From Cyanidioschyzon merolae (taxonomy: Eukaryota), in NCBI GenBank assembly GCA_000091205.1, contig AP006486.2: a stretch of DNA of 64,000 bases; one strand, written 5' to 3'. The position numbers were made by a program, and so were the translations under genes. The notes beneath the pieces are model-generated. The model worked only from the letters and a program-made list of their open reading frames with translations, made no database searches and was not told the DNA's origin. Below, piece by piece: positions 10,186 to 20,599 of the stretch. The stretch's first letter is position 1; each line of letters starts with the position of its first letter.

Positions 10186-12450
10186 TCAGCGAAGCTGTTC
10201 GCTACCAATGAGACCGGTGGCTTGGCGCGCGCGGCGCTGCAGCTGCACACGCCTACTGTGCTCGGCCTGCAACCGCTGAGCAGCAAAGACCTCCTGTCGG
10301 CGTCGGAGCACTCTCCCGGTTGCTCGCAGCTCACGTCGGAACTGCTGACGCAGTTTCTTATCCTCATCGGTTTGCTGGCTGGAACTGCGCCCCGCTCGGT
10401 CCATGTCCAGCCGCGGATTCAGCAACTTGGGCTCGTTCGCGCGATAGCGATGCCGCGGAGCTGTCGGCAGTGAACGCTCTGCTTTTTGTAGCGCTGCGGT
10501 GTATCGCTTGCACCAGGGCGGCAGGTCCGTGTCCATCACCAGAAACAATTCCCGCAAAGACGACTGTAATGCGACACCGAGCGGCAGCTGGAGGTACCGC
10601 TGCATCTGTGCGTTCTGTTCCAGTTGCTCGCAGAGTGTCCCTGTGGCGAGCGACAACAACGCCGGGTCGACCACGGCAGTGCTCGCTGGTACCGCGCACT
10701 GGTACAAGTGATCCAGAGCCTCCGAGGCGGATGTATCACGGGTGACACTGTTCTCGATGAGTCCATGGCGATCTGCGAACGACTTTGTGGACTGGCGAAA
10801 GAGCCGCAAGAGATCCAGCAACGCGCGCAGGAAAGCGTACGCATCGGGGTGGAGTCGTCCCGAGGCCAGCACCAAGCCATCGATCCATAAGTGTGCCAGG
10901 ACGATCAGCAAAGCCAGTGAGCGCCAAGTCGAGGGCGGCATTTCTGCGGTCACCGGATGCGAACCTGTCTGGGCGTCTAATGCCAGTGTCATACTGCCAA
11001 AGAACTCGCTGAGAAGCAGGGCGAGCGGTGCGGTTACCGGATGCCGAGATTGCTGCTTCGGAAACAGCCGACACAGTGCCTGCATGACTAGTGCCGCTGA
11101 CCAGAGTCGTCGCCAGCCAGCCTCTTCACAAGTCCAATGCATCCACTGATCTGGTGCAATACGCAGCAATTCCTCCAATCGTCTGAGCTGGTGCAGTGCC
11201 CACTGTCCGAGCGTGGCAGCAACATGACTACCGTGGTCACTGATCTCCATATCGGAAGCGGCGTTGCCAGCACCGACAGACACCAGACCTGGGGGTGATG
11301 CTTTCGCTGGCGAGGCAGATCGTGGACGCCATCTCCCGCCCAGAAAACGAGCGGCTTCCTCGTCAATCTTTGCGAGGCAGGTATCGAGTGCGGGGTTCTC
11401 ACGAATCGGCGGCATTTGTTGCCAGAGCTGCTCCAACGCGTGAAGCTGATGAGCCAGGGCCGAGTGCGCGTCTGCACCAGCAGCGTGCTGTGCGAGCGAG
11501 TCGCTGTGTGATTCATCGGGATCGGCATCGGAACTGAGCGAGTCAGGGTCCATTGGAAGCAACGGAGTTCCGTTCGCGTCTTCTGAAAGAAGCTTCTGGC
11601 TCATCGGTGTAGATTCAACAGAGAAAGTATCGTTGGTTAGCTCTTTTGCTGCAAGCAGGCCCAATGCGCGCTCTTGCCGCCGAGTTTCTTTGATGGACTC
11701 TGGTTCGGCGGGCTTCGAGCGGGGCTCCTCAGCTAGCTGCTGAAGCATCAGATCGTATTCATCCAGCGTTGCAACGGGTACGGTCGGGTGAGCATCTGCG
11801 TTCGCTGCGTCATTTTTGTTGGTGGATTTCCTTCGTACGAGCTGGTCGCTAAGCTCGCGGAACACTGCATCCAGACGTTCTGTTTGCTGCTCGTGAAGCA
11901 GGCGCTCCAACTGCCGCTCTTTTTTGACCCGTTCGCGCTGCAGTGCCCAGTTCTCCATGAGGTCTCTAAACCGAGGTTTTGAACGGGACGTTTCCGAGTC
12001 GCCGCCGGAATCATTCGTCTCGGTTGCAGCGAGCAGGTCAACTGCCCCGCCTACGTCCCCAGAACTATCGCTGCGATCGTCAGGGAGCGCATCAAACGAA
12101 TCCAAGGTCAAGTCAGTCTTATGTCGCTTGCGATCGAGCGTTCGGCCCGACTTGGCTGCATCGAGCAAAGGTTTCCCGTGATGCGTCAACGTCGTTGGGA
12201 CGCCACGATCCTCCTCGAGTTCCACCGGTGAGTCATCGCTGCCTTCGACACTATCCAGCTGGAAACGCTTCCGATCCCGTGAGTACTGTGACACCCGCCC
12301 CAACCGGGAGGGTTTATTCGAATCCCGGGTTCCCCGGAAAGCGGCATTTTCTCTGCTGGGCAGCGAGTTTCCCAGGGCGTTTCGTTTGGCGTCGAGCGTC
12401 CGCTCTCGTTTCCGGACGCCACGATTTATAAATCGATCAAAGAGGTTCAT
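10186..12450 (-). CDS. Hypothetical protein (754 aa), no recognisable domain
   Basis: 2.26-kb uninterrupted ORF on the minus strand. Acidic/Ser-rich N-terminal half and Leu/Ala-rich C-terminal half; no motif I can assign. Confidence 0.5.
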   Translation of the reverse strand: MNLFDRFINRGVRKRERTLDAKRNALGNSLPSRENAAFRGTRDSNKPSRLGRVSQYSRDRKRFQLDSVEGSDDSPVELEEDRGVPTTLTHHGKPLLDAAKSGRTLDRKRHKTDLTLDSFDALPDDRSDSSGDVGGAVDLLAATETNDSGGDSETSRSKPRFRDLMENWALQRERVKKERQLERLLHEQQTERLDAVFRELSDQLVRRKSTNKNDAANADAHPTVPVATLDEYDLMLQQLAEEPRSKPAEPESIKETRRQERALGLLAAKELTNDTFSVESTPMSQKLLSEDANGTPLLPMDPDSLSSDADPDESHSDSLAQHAAGADAHSALAHQLHALEQLWQQMPPIRENPALDTCLAKIDEEAARFLGGRWRPRSASPAKASPPGLVSVGAGNAASDMEISDHGSHVAATLGQWALHQLRRLEELLRIAPDQWMHWTCEEAGWRRLWSAALVMQALCRLFPKQQSRHPVTAPLALLLSEFFGSMTLALDAQTGSHPVTAEMPPSTWRSLALLIVLAHLWIDGLVLASGRLHPDAYAFLRALLDLLRLFRQSTKSFADRHGLIENSVTRDTSASEALDHLYQCAVPASTAVVDPALLSLATGTLCEQLEQNAQMQRYLQLPLGVALQSSLRELFLVMDTDLPPWCKRYTAALQKAERSLPTAPRHRYRANEPKLLNPRLDMDRAGRSSSQQTDEDKKLRQQFRRELRATGRVLRRRQEVFAAQRLQAEHSRRVQLQRRARQATGLIGSEQLR

Positions 12451-12639
12451 ACCTTAAGCTATGCGCTGAAGGTTGTAACCTACAGTAAAGTTGCTTGGGG
12501 CCTAACAAAGACTTCAGCGCTGCACGGGTGCGTCGCAAACGCTGCACGAAAAAAGATGCATTAAGGACTGGACAACAATGTGTGTGCGCATCAACTTAGC
12601 GCCTGCACGACGGGCACCGTCTGAAGGCGTGTTTTATGG

Positions 12640-12860
12640 GCTGTATCATTTCGGTACAGACGCTTCCTGCTGAAGCGTACACTGCTATGTATAGGTGCAA
12701 CGGCAATAGCGACGGACGCCAGTCGTTCCTATACTGTGGTCATGATATGACGGGCTGGTATCGTTGCGTTGGAAACGCTTCCTCTTGCTGAGTACGCCAG
12801 TGACCAAAGGTGCACCGCCCGTGCCGACGGAAGCCGGTCAATGCTATACTGAGGTCATGA
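12640..12860. repeat. Diverged tandem duplication (about 2 x 110 bp) upstream of the 754-aa gene
   Basis: 'acgcttcct.ctgaagcgtac...gacggacgccagtcgttcctatactgtggtcatgatatgacgggctgg' is followed by a diverged second copy '...gacggaagccggtcaatgctatactgaggtcatgatcgggc'. Confidence 0.5.
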
Positions 12861-14150
12861 TCGGGCTTTACTCTGTGCGACTAATTACAGAAGCATCCAC
12901 TTGCTCGCTCTATCAACAGAGCGAGATCCCTCTTCTGCATTCTCTAGTCTCCGGGAAGTAGCACCCCGCATTCATTATTGGAGAAATGCTTTTTCTGTCG
13001 TTACGTCCTCGTTTGGGAAATCTGCCTCATTCGATTCCACCACCAAAAACCAATGATGCCAGCCTGCTCGTAATGGCAACTCAGCGTTGCTCACTGGTCC
13101 CGAGAATGCGATTTACAGCGGGTGTTTCCTAAACTGCAAAGATCATTTGGCGACTGTGGAGCCCGTGCGCTCAGCCAGACTCTTTCAAACCCCTATTCGT
13201 GGTGGATGAGTGTTGTACGTATGGAATTGAAGCACTAGTTCCAGCTCCGAAACATGTATACGTGCCCTTCACAGACGCTGGACTGCTTCCCTGCTGAGAA
13301 ACAGTAGAGCAGAGTAACCTCGAATGCACTAGAAAGCTCCATAGTATCGATGCCGCATGCGTGGATGTTGCGAGTCCAGGACTCGTCAAGAGTACACGTG
13401 GTGAGGCTTGTGCACACGCCAGCCGCTTCGCCTGGCGTGTCTCAGCAAGGAATCGTTTTCTGACTAACAACGAATTTGACGGTTTCGCTGGTTTCGAGCA
13501 ACCAACAAACTGGTCCAGCTTTCGAAACAGTCCTAGCGCAGAACATCAGCAGGTCCGCACCTACATTACAGCGCTGCATCGGAGAGCGCGTCACGCACCG
13601 TGTCGCTCCCAGGTACGACGTCCTGCTTGGAGCCACAGAAACGAAATACGCGCTCTCAGCGCGGTATCGGAGTGTGTGGCAATGAGCCCGCACTCTGGGA
13701 GCGCATGCTTTCCGCGGTACAGCATCGCCAAGCGCTTCCAGCCGGAGCCGCCCACCTGATAGATGTACCAGCTGATAGACAGCGTCCATGTTGCTCGCAG
13801 AGCTGCAAATCATGAAGCACATGCTACACGGCTGCAATCGCTTGGACGCTCGTGTTCCAGCAGGGCAGGAAATAGTTTCGTGTTCGCATGTACCCGTCGA
13901 TACTCTGCGAAGAGTCTTTGAACCGAAAGAAAAATGATTGGACGGGGTATATCATTTATGTTTCAAGCAAGCGAGCTCTAGAAAACAGCGAAACTGCAGC
14001 TGGCCTGCCCGTCGACACGGAGCGCGACCCCGCACGCTTTAGTGCCCGTAACGAAAACCGGCCCGCACGGACTCGGAGGACGTGGCGCCTGCAGTTAGCC
14101 GCAGAGTCCCTACAACGATGTGGACATTCCTGGTTCGATATGGACATTGC

Positions 14151-14366
14151 CTAGAAACCCTCCTTCTTGCCTGTTCCCGTCACTAGGCTGTACATGCCGT
14201 TTCCGAGCGCAACGACCCCTACCAGTGCCACGCCGACCATTAACAGGTTTACATAACGGTCTCCAGGACGTACTTGATGTGTAAACCGCCCCTCTCTCTT
14301 CGCTTTCTGAATCTCCGCCATTAGTTCCGGAACACGATTCTTGTTTTTCGTGAGCTCCATTCCCAA
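14151..14366 (-). CDS. Small single-pass membrane protein (71 aa), hypothetical
   Basis: ORF 'MGMELTKNKNRVPELMAEIQKAKREGRF...NLLMVGVALVGVVALGNGMYSLVTG' has a charged N-terminus and one hydrophobic helix; no family assignment. Confidence 0.3.
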   Translation of the reverse strand: MGMELTKNKNRVPELMAEIQKAKREGRFTHQVRPGDRYVNLLMVGVALVGVVALGNGMYSLVTGTGKKEGF

Positions 14367-14741
14367 TAGAGAGCGCTACCGGTCAACGCTTGGCCCACAG
14401 CGAACGAACGCTGTCACTTGACGCCTTGCTGGGCGCCTGCCGCCCGTAGCAGATCGCCGCCCAGCGAGGCCGCGGATCGCGTGCCATCTGCTCCGTCCAG
14501 ATCCCCGGGGGCGGCAGGCGGACATCCATCAACGGACGGCCGCGTCCATTGTGTAACTTTAGGTATATATCTGGATATAATATATCCTTTAGGAATCCTG
14601 AGGACATATCCATGTCGCTGGTCTGAGGTACGGGATCGCCATTCAACTGCGTTACATGAGGGAGGCTTCGTGCGTTTCGCTGGCCCGGATAGTGACTTCG
14701 AGTGACCTGCGCGTTTTCTCGGGCAACGAGCCGCAGCAGGT

Positions 14742-15848
14742 TTGCTTCCACTCATGGACGCGAAATGGAGTCCTGTGGACCTAAATCGCGGGCCTCAGAT
14801 GATGCGGCCTGTTCAAAGTGCATTTCTTTCAACCGCAACACCCACAGTGCCTGTGCGTTTGCTGCCGAACCTGACACTCGTGCAGCGCTCTCGCAGTCGC
14901 GCACTAGACGCACTCCATTTGATCACACTCAGAACCCGCTGCATCTGGCCTTGGAATATGTCTGCAGCGCCTGGTGCGAACGAAGGCGACCCAGCGACGA
15001 AGAGCAACTCCGCGAACCGTTTTAATTCTAAGCGAACAGAACCCAGTTTGTTAAACTTGTTCAGTTGGGGAGAGTTGGATGATTCACGTGCGGGAACCGA
15101 GAACGACGATGAAGATGATGGCTACGACGATATTTCATCCGACAGTGATGTGGATCCAGTTCTCGACCGTGGACGCGTGTTCGGTGCTTGGTTAGACAAC
15201 CAGGTTCTGAGACTGGATCGGATCCAGAGCGCTGCGATGCAAGCACCGGGCCAGACGCTACAAGAGCGAGCCGAGCGGGCTTTCGCGCGAGGCGTACAAG
15301 CTCTAACTGACGGTCACTATGCCACAGCGAGCGATGCCATCTTCCAGGCATCCGCATTGCCTGGACAGCAGACTCGACTTGGCGGCGAATATCTGCTCTG
15401 GCTTGCCCAGGCACTCGATGCTCAGGGCAAGAATGCGCGCGCTCAAGAGGTTCTCCGACGCCTGCAGTATCACAAAGACAGAGACGTGCGCCAGGTAGCT
15501 GAGAGTCTATTGTTTATCCTGCAGGCACCGCGGCTGCGTCTCGGCCCAGAGTCTTTCGTGAAAATCGACCTCGACGCCCTCTTGAATCAGAATCGGGCAC
15601 GCGATATTCCCGGGTGGAAGAAGAGGCAACGGAGATACCGGTTCGGAAGCGGCTCCTCTGCAGCGCTCGCTGGCACTGGCAAGCGCCGCAGAGAGCCGAC
15701 GAAATATTCCCTAGAATGGTTCACGTCGCAGGAGAGCGTCTCTGCGGAGGAACTTGAACGCGCGAACCAAGCATCACGCGCGGCTATGCTTGCATCGTCC
15801 GGTGTTATGCTGCTCATTCTGTTTATGCTACGTTTTCTCGGAAGGTAG
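14742..15848 (+). CDS. Hypothetical protein with a TPR-like helical repeat and a C-terminal transmembrane anchor
   Basis: 368-aa ORF; a later Met ('MSAAPGANEG') may be the true start. Acidic tract 'ENDDEDDGYDDISSDSD'; TPR-like 'AERAFARGVQALTDGHYATASDAIFQASAL...LLWLAQALDAQGKNARAQEVLRRL'; hydrophobic C-terminus 'VMLLILFMLRFLGR'. Confidence 0.4.
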   Translation: MLPLMDAKWSPVDLNRGPQMMRPVQSAFLSTATPTVPVRLLPNLTLVQRSRSRALDALHLITLRTRCIWPWNMSAAPGANEGDPATKSNSANRFNSKRTEPSLLNLFSWGELDDSRAGTENDDEDDGYDDISSDSDVDPVLDRGRVFGAWLDNQVLRLDRIQSAAMQAPGQTLQERAERAFARGVQALTDGHYATASDAIFQASALPGQQTRLGGEYLLWLAQALDAQGKNARAQEVLRRLQYHKDRDVRQVAESLLFILQAPRLRLGPESFVKIDLDALLNQNRARDIPGWKKRQRRYRFGSGSSAALAGTGKRRREPTKYSLEWFTSQESVSAEELERANQASRAAMLASSGVMLLILFMLRFLGR

Positions 15849-16799
15849 CGCAAAGCCCGCCTATTTGCTCCAAGACTGAGCGTTTCGTTGTGCGGTGGAG
15901 CCACGGAATCCAACATTTCTATTTGTTCGCTTGTACACGGACATGATAAGTACGATTTACACACACCAGCGCTATGCAACAAGCGAGGCATTCGCATACG
16001 AACGATGTCCAGTATATCGGTCTAAACATCGAAAGATACTCGGTTCGGAGGATATTTAGCGGATGCAGTATGCAACGGTGCACCGCACGAGCGCAGCACA
16101 AGGTCCAGCCATTTCATATGTTTGCGCCGATGTTCCGCTTGAGTCACCAAGGAAAGGAACACCTGGTTTATTCGTGAGCCACTCGGTTGACCACTTACCA
16201 CAGCACGCTTCCTCGGCCGCAGACAGGCAAGCGATCTCGGGTATCGATGCGACTTGCTGAAGACAAAGTCGACCACTTGAATAGGTCCAAACCAGCCAGC
16301 TGCGGAGAGACTGGTCGGTCCCGTTCAGCCAGGCTTTCTTTGCGTGAGTTTCTGAGGTACACCCCACGCCCACCCTACACTGTTGAAGCTATTTGGCATA
16401 ACTTGAGCGTCCCAGTTGGACAGCAGAACACCAATAGACACGCGAAATTGAACCACGGCCGGCCGGGTCTCTGTCACGGAAGCTTGACGCGGTGACTGCG
16501 CTGGGTCTCCTATGAGGAACCGGTCGGACGACCACGAGCGATCCGTTCCACGATAGCACCGTCTGCCAGGACGTCAACAGCTAAGCGAAGCGTGCGCACG
16601 AGCGCATCCAGTCTCTCGTCGAAGCGCTCTAGCTGGGCTTCGAGCACCCGCAGCGCTACCACTGTGCGCTGGTACGCCGCTGCCGCCTGCCGTAGACACT
16701 CCGTTTCTCGTTGTAGCTGCTTCTCCCAACTGGCAGGCGATCCCTCCGTCGTCGACGTCTCCGCTGCCATGGAGAACACGCACACACCGACAACGAATG

Positions 16800-19395
16800 C
16801 CTTTTACAAGAAAAAACGTTGCTGCCGCAAGTGGTATAGTAGTGGCGACAAACGCACCGTAGACAAGGAGTCTTCAGCCGACGTGCAGACGCATCTCAGT
16901 CTTTCTCGACCGGCCACCCACTACTTCTTCCAACATTTTTTCATATAGTTCGAGTTTGAGAGGTTGTCCAACAAAATTCTATCTCGTCCACTCTGGAAGT
17001 CTATTCTCCAGCACCGCACGTCTCCTTATATTGATAGCGGCATTAATGTCTCGGTTCACAAACTCCATCCGTTTCTTGCCATCACTGGATGTACTTAATA
17101 ATGCGAGTAGTCCACGAACTTTCGCTCTCCTTTCCATTTGCTCCTCCGTCAACGGTCCGTGCTTTGCTATTTCCTCAGGGCTCCGCTAATACTTTTCCAT
17201 CTCGACCCTCTGAAGTGTACACCCCAGTTCATGGTGTGTATACGATGTTCGGAAGTCATCTACGGGTATCGTAACGAAACGCCGTGCGCACTCCTTGCAC
17301 GTTTTTGTCGTTGGAGCTGGTGTAATGCCTTTTTTCGACGCCCAGCGCCCTGCTCCATACGCTACTACGAGCCTCTGACTTTCATTCTCCCTCAGGGCGC
17401 TCAACTGATTGAAAAAGTTCGAGAACGCCCGCTGCTTCCCACAATACAAATTCATACGCAAACGAGCCCACCGGGGCTTGGTGGATTCTTTCCACAGGGC
17501 ATCCCAATGAGCAGCGCGAACTTCCATGAACTCCCGAAATGCTTCAAAGTCGGTTCCTCGGCTCGTCACCTCGCTCAAAGCTTCCAGGTGATCCCTCACT
17601 CCTGACTTCTAGGTCTCATTTTGTTTCCTCGCATTCATTATACCGGAATCCCGGTAGGATCTCGCTCTCGGGAACTTGAAAACTCGCATGTCTTTATGAC
17701 GTAAATTGTCGTCGACACTATCTTCCGCACGCTTGGGTACAGCGACGGTTATGATATTTGTGTTTCCGGGGTCCGCGCCAACGACAAAGCCGTTATCGTG
17801 CACTTTCTGTGTTGCACGATCCACCTCCTTCTTTTCTCGATGCTTCGCCGCGTCAACGACAAAGCCGTTATCGTGCACTTCGTGTGTCGCAGGATCCTCC
17901 TTCTTCGTACCTTCATCCTTCGCCACGGGCGGAGCTGGACGATCTGTCTTTAAGCGCCGATAGTGTACAGACATGGCTACTCCATCGTTTTCGATCATCC
18001 CAGTGAATACCTTTCGCTTGCTCACTTTCAGACGTTTGAAATCGACGAAATTCTTCTTCCAGTGCGTCTCCCGGCTTTCGCCGGAGAACTCCTCCCTGCT
18101 GACATTGAACTCCGGACTGATCTCCCTCATGATGCCGTAAAGGACGCCTGAATCGATAGTCACGAAATGTGACCTGATGTTGCACATTGGAACCACGTTG
18201 AAGCGCTTCCCCATTAGGAAAGCCTTCCGCCTCTCCCACTCTTCATTTGTCTCCTCATTCAGCTTCATTTCCGCCTTGCGTTCCAGCTCTCCGTCCAGCA
18301 ACACGAAATAGCGCAGGGCGAGGCGATAGTATCTTTCCTTATCTTTTTTCGACTCTGATAGCTTGTCTGTTGGACTCAGCAGCCCCAGTACCGCACGATG
18401 CTCTTCTACAACCGCACGGATGACAGAAGCTTCATTCGTGCTCTCGTTTGACGCCTTCTCTCCGACGAATTCGATCTCCTGTTCATGCTTGCGATCGTTC
18501 GTGACGCCATTGGTAATCGCCCATTTTCCTTTGCGAGCGATGCCAGGGTACAGCGCAAACACGGCGCGTATCATGAAGCGTTCGAGGTTCATAGTAAAAT
18601 GGTTCTTCAGGTTCCTGATGTACTTCATCGCTCCGTATGTGTAAATGCACCAGTCAATTTTGTATCGAGTACCGTCGAAGCTCTAAAAGGGATGTTTTTC
18701 GTGGAGGGCATGCACTAGCACATTTTCCCTCGGCGCTTCCGCTGTACCAAGCATCAGGTGTCGAATAAAGGTCTTATCGAGAAACCCGTCCGGAATCCCG
18801 ACCGTTTCCATCTGCGCCACGTCGCGATACATCTCCCTCGCCATATGCATCAGTCCTGAAGACGCCTTGACAATACTCTTGGAGTATGACGCAACACTGT
18901 TTTCGATAGCGTCTCGCAGCTTTTCCCTGTACGGATCCTTGATATTTTTAAGAAGACAGACTTTCACCACCTTCTTGTCGCACAGTCGTCTTTCGTGCCG
19001 CCTTCGACGCAGAGCGTCCCACTTTCAGTCCTTCTTCTCTTCCTTTTCTTCTGGACTTGGCACTGTTTTTCTGTTTTTTCTGGCAGCCCGCGACACTGGG
19101 CCTCCAGGATCATCGACTTGCTTTTCATAACTTCCTTTTTTTTGTTTTTTTTTGGAAAACAACGCTCCCTCCAACGCCTCTGATATAAACAGCGAGGAAA
19201 ACTTGAATAAACCAAACTGAGGGTTGAAATATAACTGAACTGAAAAGTACACTCTGCTATGACTTTAACGCAAATGCAACTTGTACTTGAGAGCAACACG
19301 CTCAAGATCGCGATCCCGTTTCCCTTCAACGACGACATGCGCGTCGTATCTCATGCCTGCCAGATATGGAGGTGCGCGTATCGACCGCGATGCCC
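16800..19395 (-). mobile_element. TnpB/Fanzor-like (IS605-OrfB-type, OMEGA nuclease) element, copy 1
   Basis: Minus-strand ORF fragments encode a Lys-rich NLS-like N-terminus (KKKQKKG...RKNRK), RuvC-I '[16 protein letters not shown]' (Asp near 17770), the zinc finger 'CKECARRF...SYTHHELGC', and RuvC-III 'RDINAAINI' (after the in-frame TAG at 17186-17188). About 180 bp of conserved 3' UTR reaches a sharp homology boundary near 16803 shared with three other loci. A subterminal palindrome 'cgacgacatgcgcgtcgt' lies at the 5' end (about 19335-19352). Confidence 0.7.
16980..19252 (-). pseudogene. Fanzor/TnpB-like nuclease gene, disrupted (frameshifts plus in-frame TAG) or intron-containing
   Basis: The coding potential is split over ORFs 19025..19252, 18683..18970, 17609..18628 and 17186..17599, then continues after the TAG to the stop at 16980-16982. 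The frame order differs from copy 3, so at least one copy is frameshifted. Confidence 0.55.
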
Positions 19396-19399
19396 CCTG

Positions 19400-20560
19400 G
19401 CACTGTATGGGCCGAGGGGCCCACCATGCGCACCCGGTTCAGTCGGATATCCATGCAGACCCCAACGCACCGCAAGAACACTTGGATGAAATCGATGCAG
19501 ATTTGGCTGAAGCGACGGTTATGCGAAAACACGCTCGAATCGTTCCCCAGAAATGTAGAAGGCTCCTACCGCCTCAAGCGAACTGTTCGAACAACCATAT
19601 GGGAACGTAGACACGGAACCAGTCGCGCCAGTAACGCCCGCCTTGACTCTATACCGGAACTACAACCTAGCATACACATGCGAGTACTGGTGGGAGGCGC
19701 TGGAGTTCCCGGGACTTGCTCGCGGTATCCAGTGGCTCGCCAAAATCCGCGTTGGTGGTTGCTGACTACCAGCACCTGCGCTAAACCATATAGGAACACT
19801 GGAATCGCAGTGGGAATCACACTGTCCCTGCTGTGGAAACGATAAACCCGAGACGCTGACATATTTAGGCTTACAGTGCGCGCGCTGGAAGCAGGAGCGC
19901 AGCGAGCTCCTTGAAGGACGGCATCAGCCGGGTATCACCGTGATAGTCGAAGGCCGGACACTCACTTTGAGTGCAGCACTGGCAACTGATGGTCCGCTAA
20001 CGGAGCCTCAGCGCTCATTCGTGGCCAACAGACTCACGTGCTACCTTCCAAGCGGAAGGTCTAGCGAATCGGACGCGCACACGGGTTTAGTATGCTTTCT
20101 GCGCCTATCCACTGTGGTGAGCGTCAAGCACAAACCCGCATTGCCAACCGACAACAACGCGTTCCATGCATGATCACGAAGGAGAGAGACGACTCCCAGA
20201 ATATATCTTAACGGCCAAGTGTCTCCAGCGTGTCGTGCCGCGAAGGCAAGCTTGCATCCGCAGACCGTCCGAGCACAAACTGACGACGAGACCCGATTCT
20301 ACGTCGGGTGAAGCACCCCTCGAGCCGACGCCCTCTGTGGTATGGAAAAGCCGTTCTAGCTCGATAAACTCTCTGCCCCAGCGGTTCAAGCGCAAAGGCG
20401 GATATGGAACGGCAGGTATTAGGTACCCACGACAGGACGTATGAGACGATCAGTATCTCCAAGAAGAAGTATAGGTAATGTAACTTGGAGGGAGGGGGCT
20501 TTATGGATATATTACCGCGCGCTGAAGTAAAACGCAAAACAAAAGAGAACGAAAAGAAAA
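19400..20560 (+). mobile_element. 5'-truncated non-LTR retrotransposon (LINE) remnant with a CCHC tail and A-rich 3' end
   Basis: Frame-2 translation around 19820-20173 gives 'HCPCCGNDKPETLTYLGLQCARWKQERSELLEG', the C..C...ET..[HY]L..C..W..ER zinc knuckle typical of LINE ORF2 C-termini. The 3' roughly 270 bp (20290-20560) is homologous to the 3' part of the SINE-like family and ends in 'aaaacgcaaaacaaaagagaacgaaaagaaaaag'. Confidence 0.35.
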
Positions 20561-20599
20561 AGCGCACAATAGGAGAATGCTGGCCCAAGTAAACGTCTT

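Noticed and set aside
14101-14160. 'tggttcgata' T-loop-like motif as a possible tRNA
   Set aside because: No acceptor, D or anticodon arms could be folded around it.
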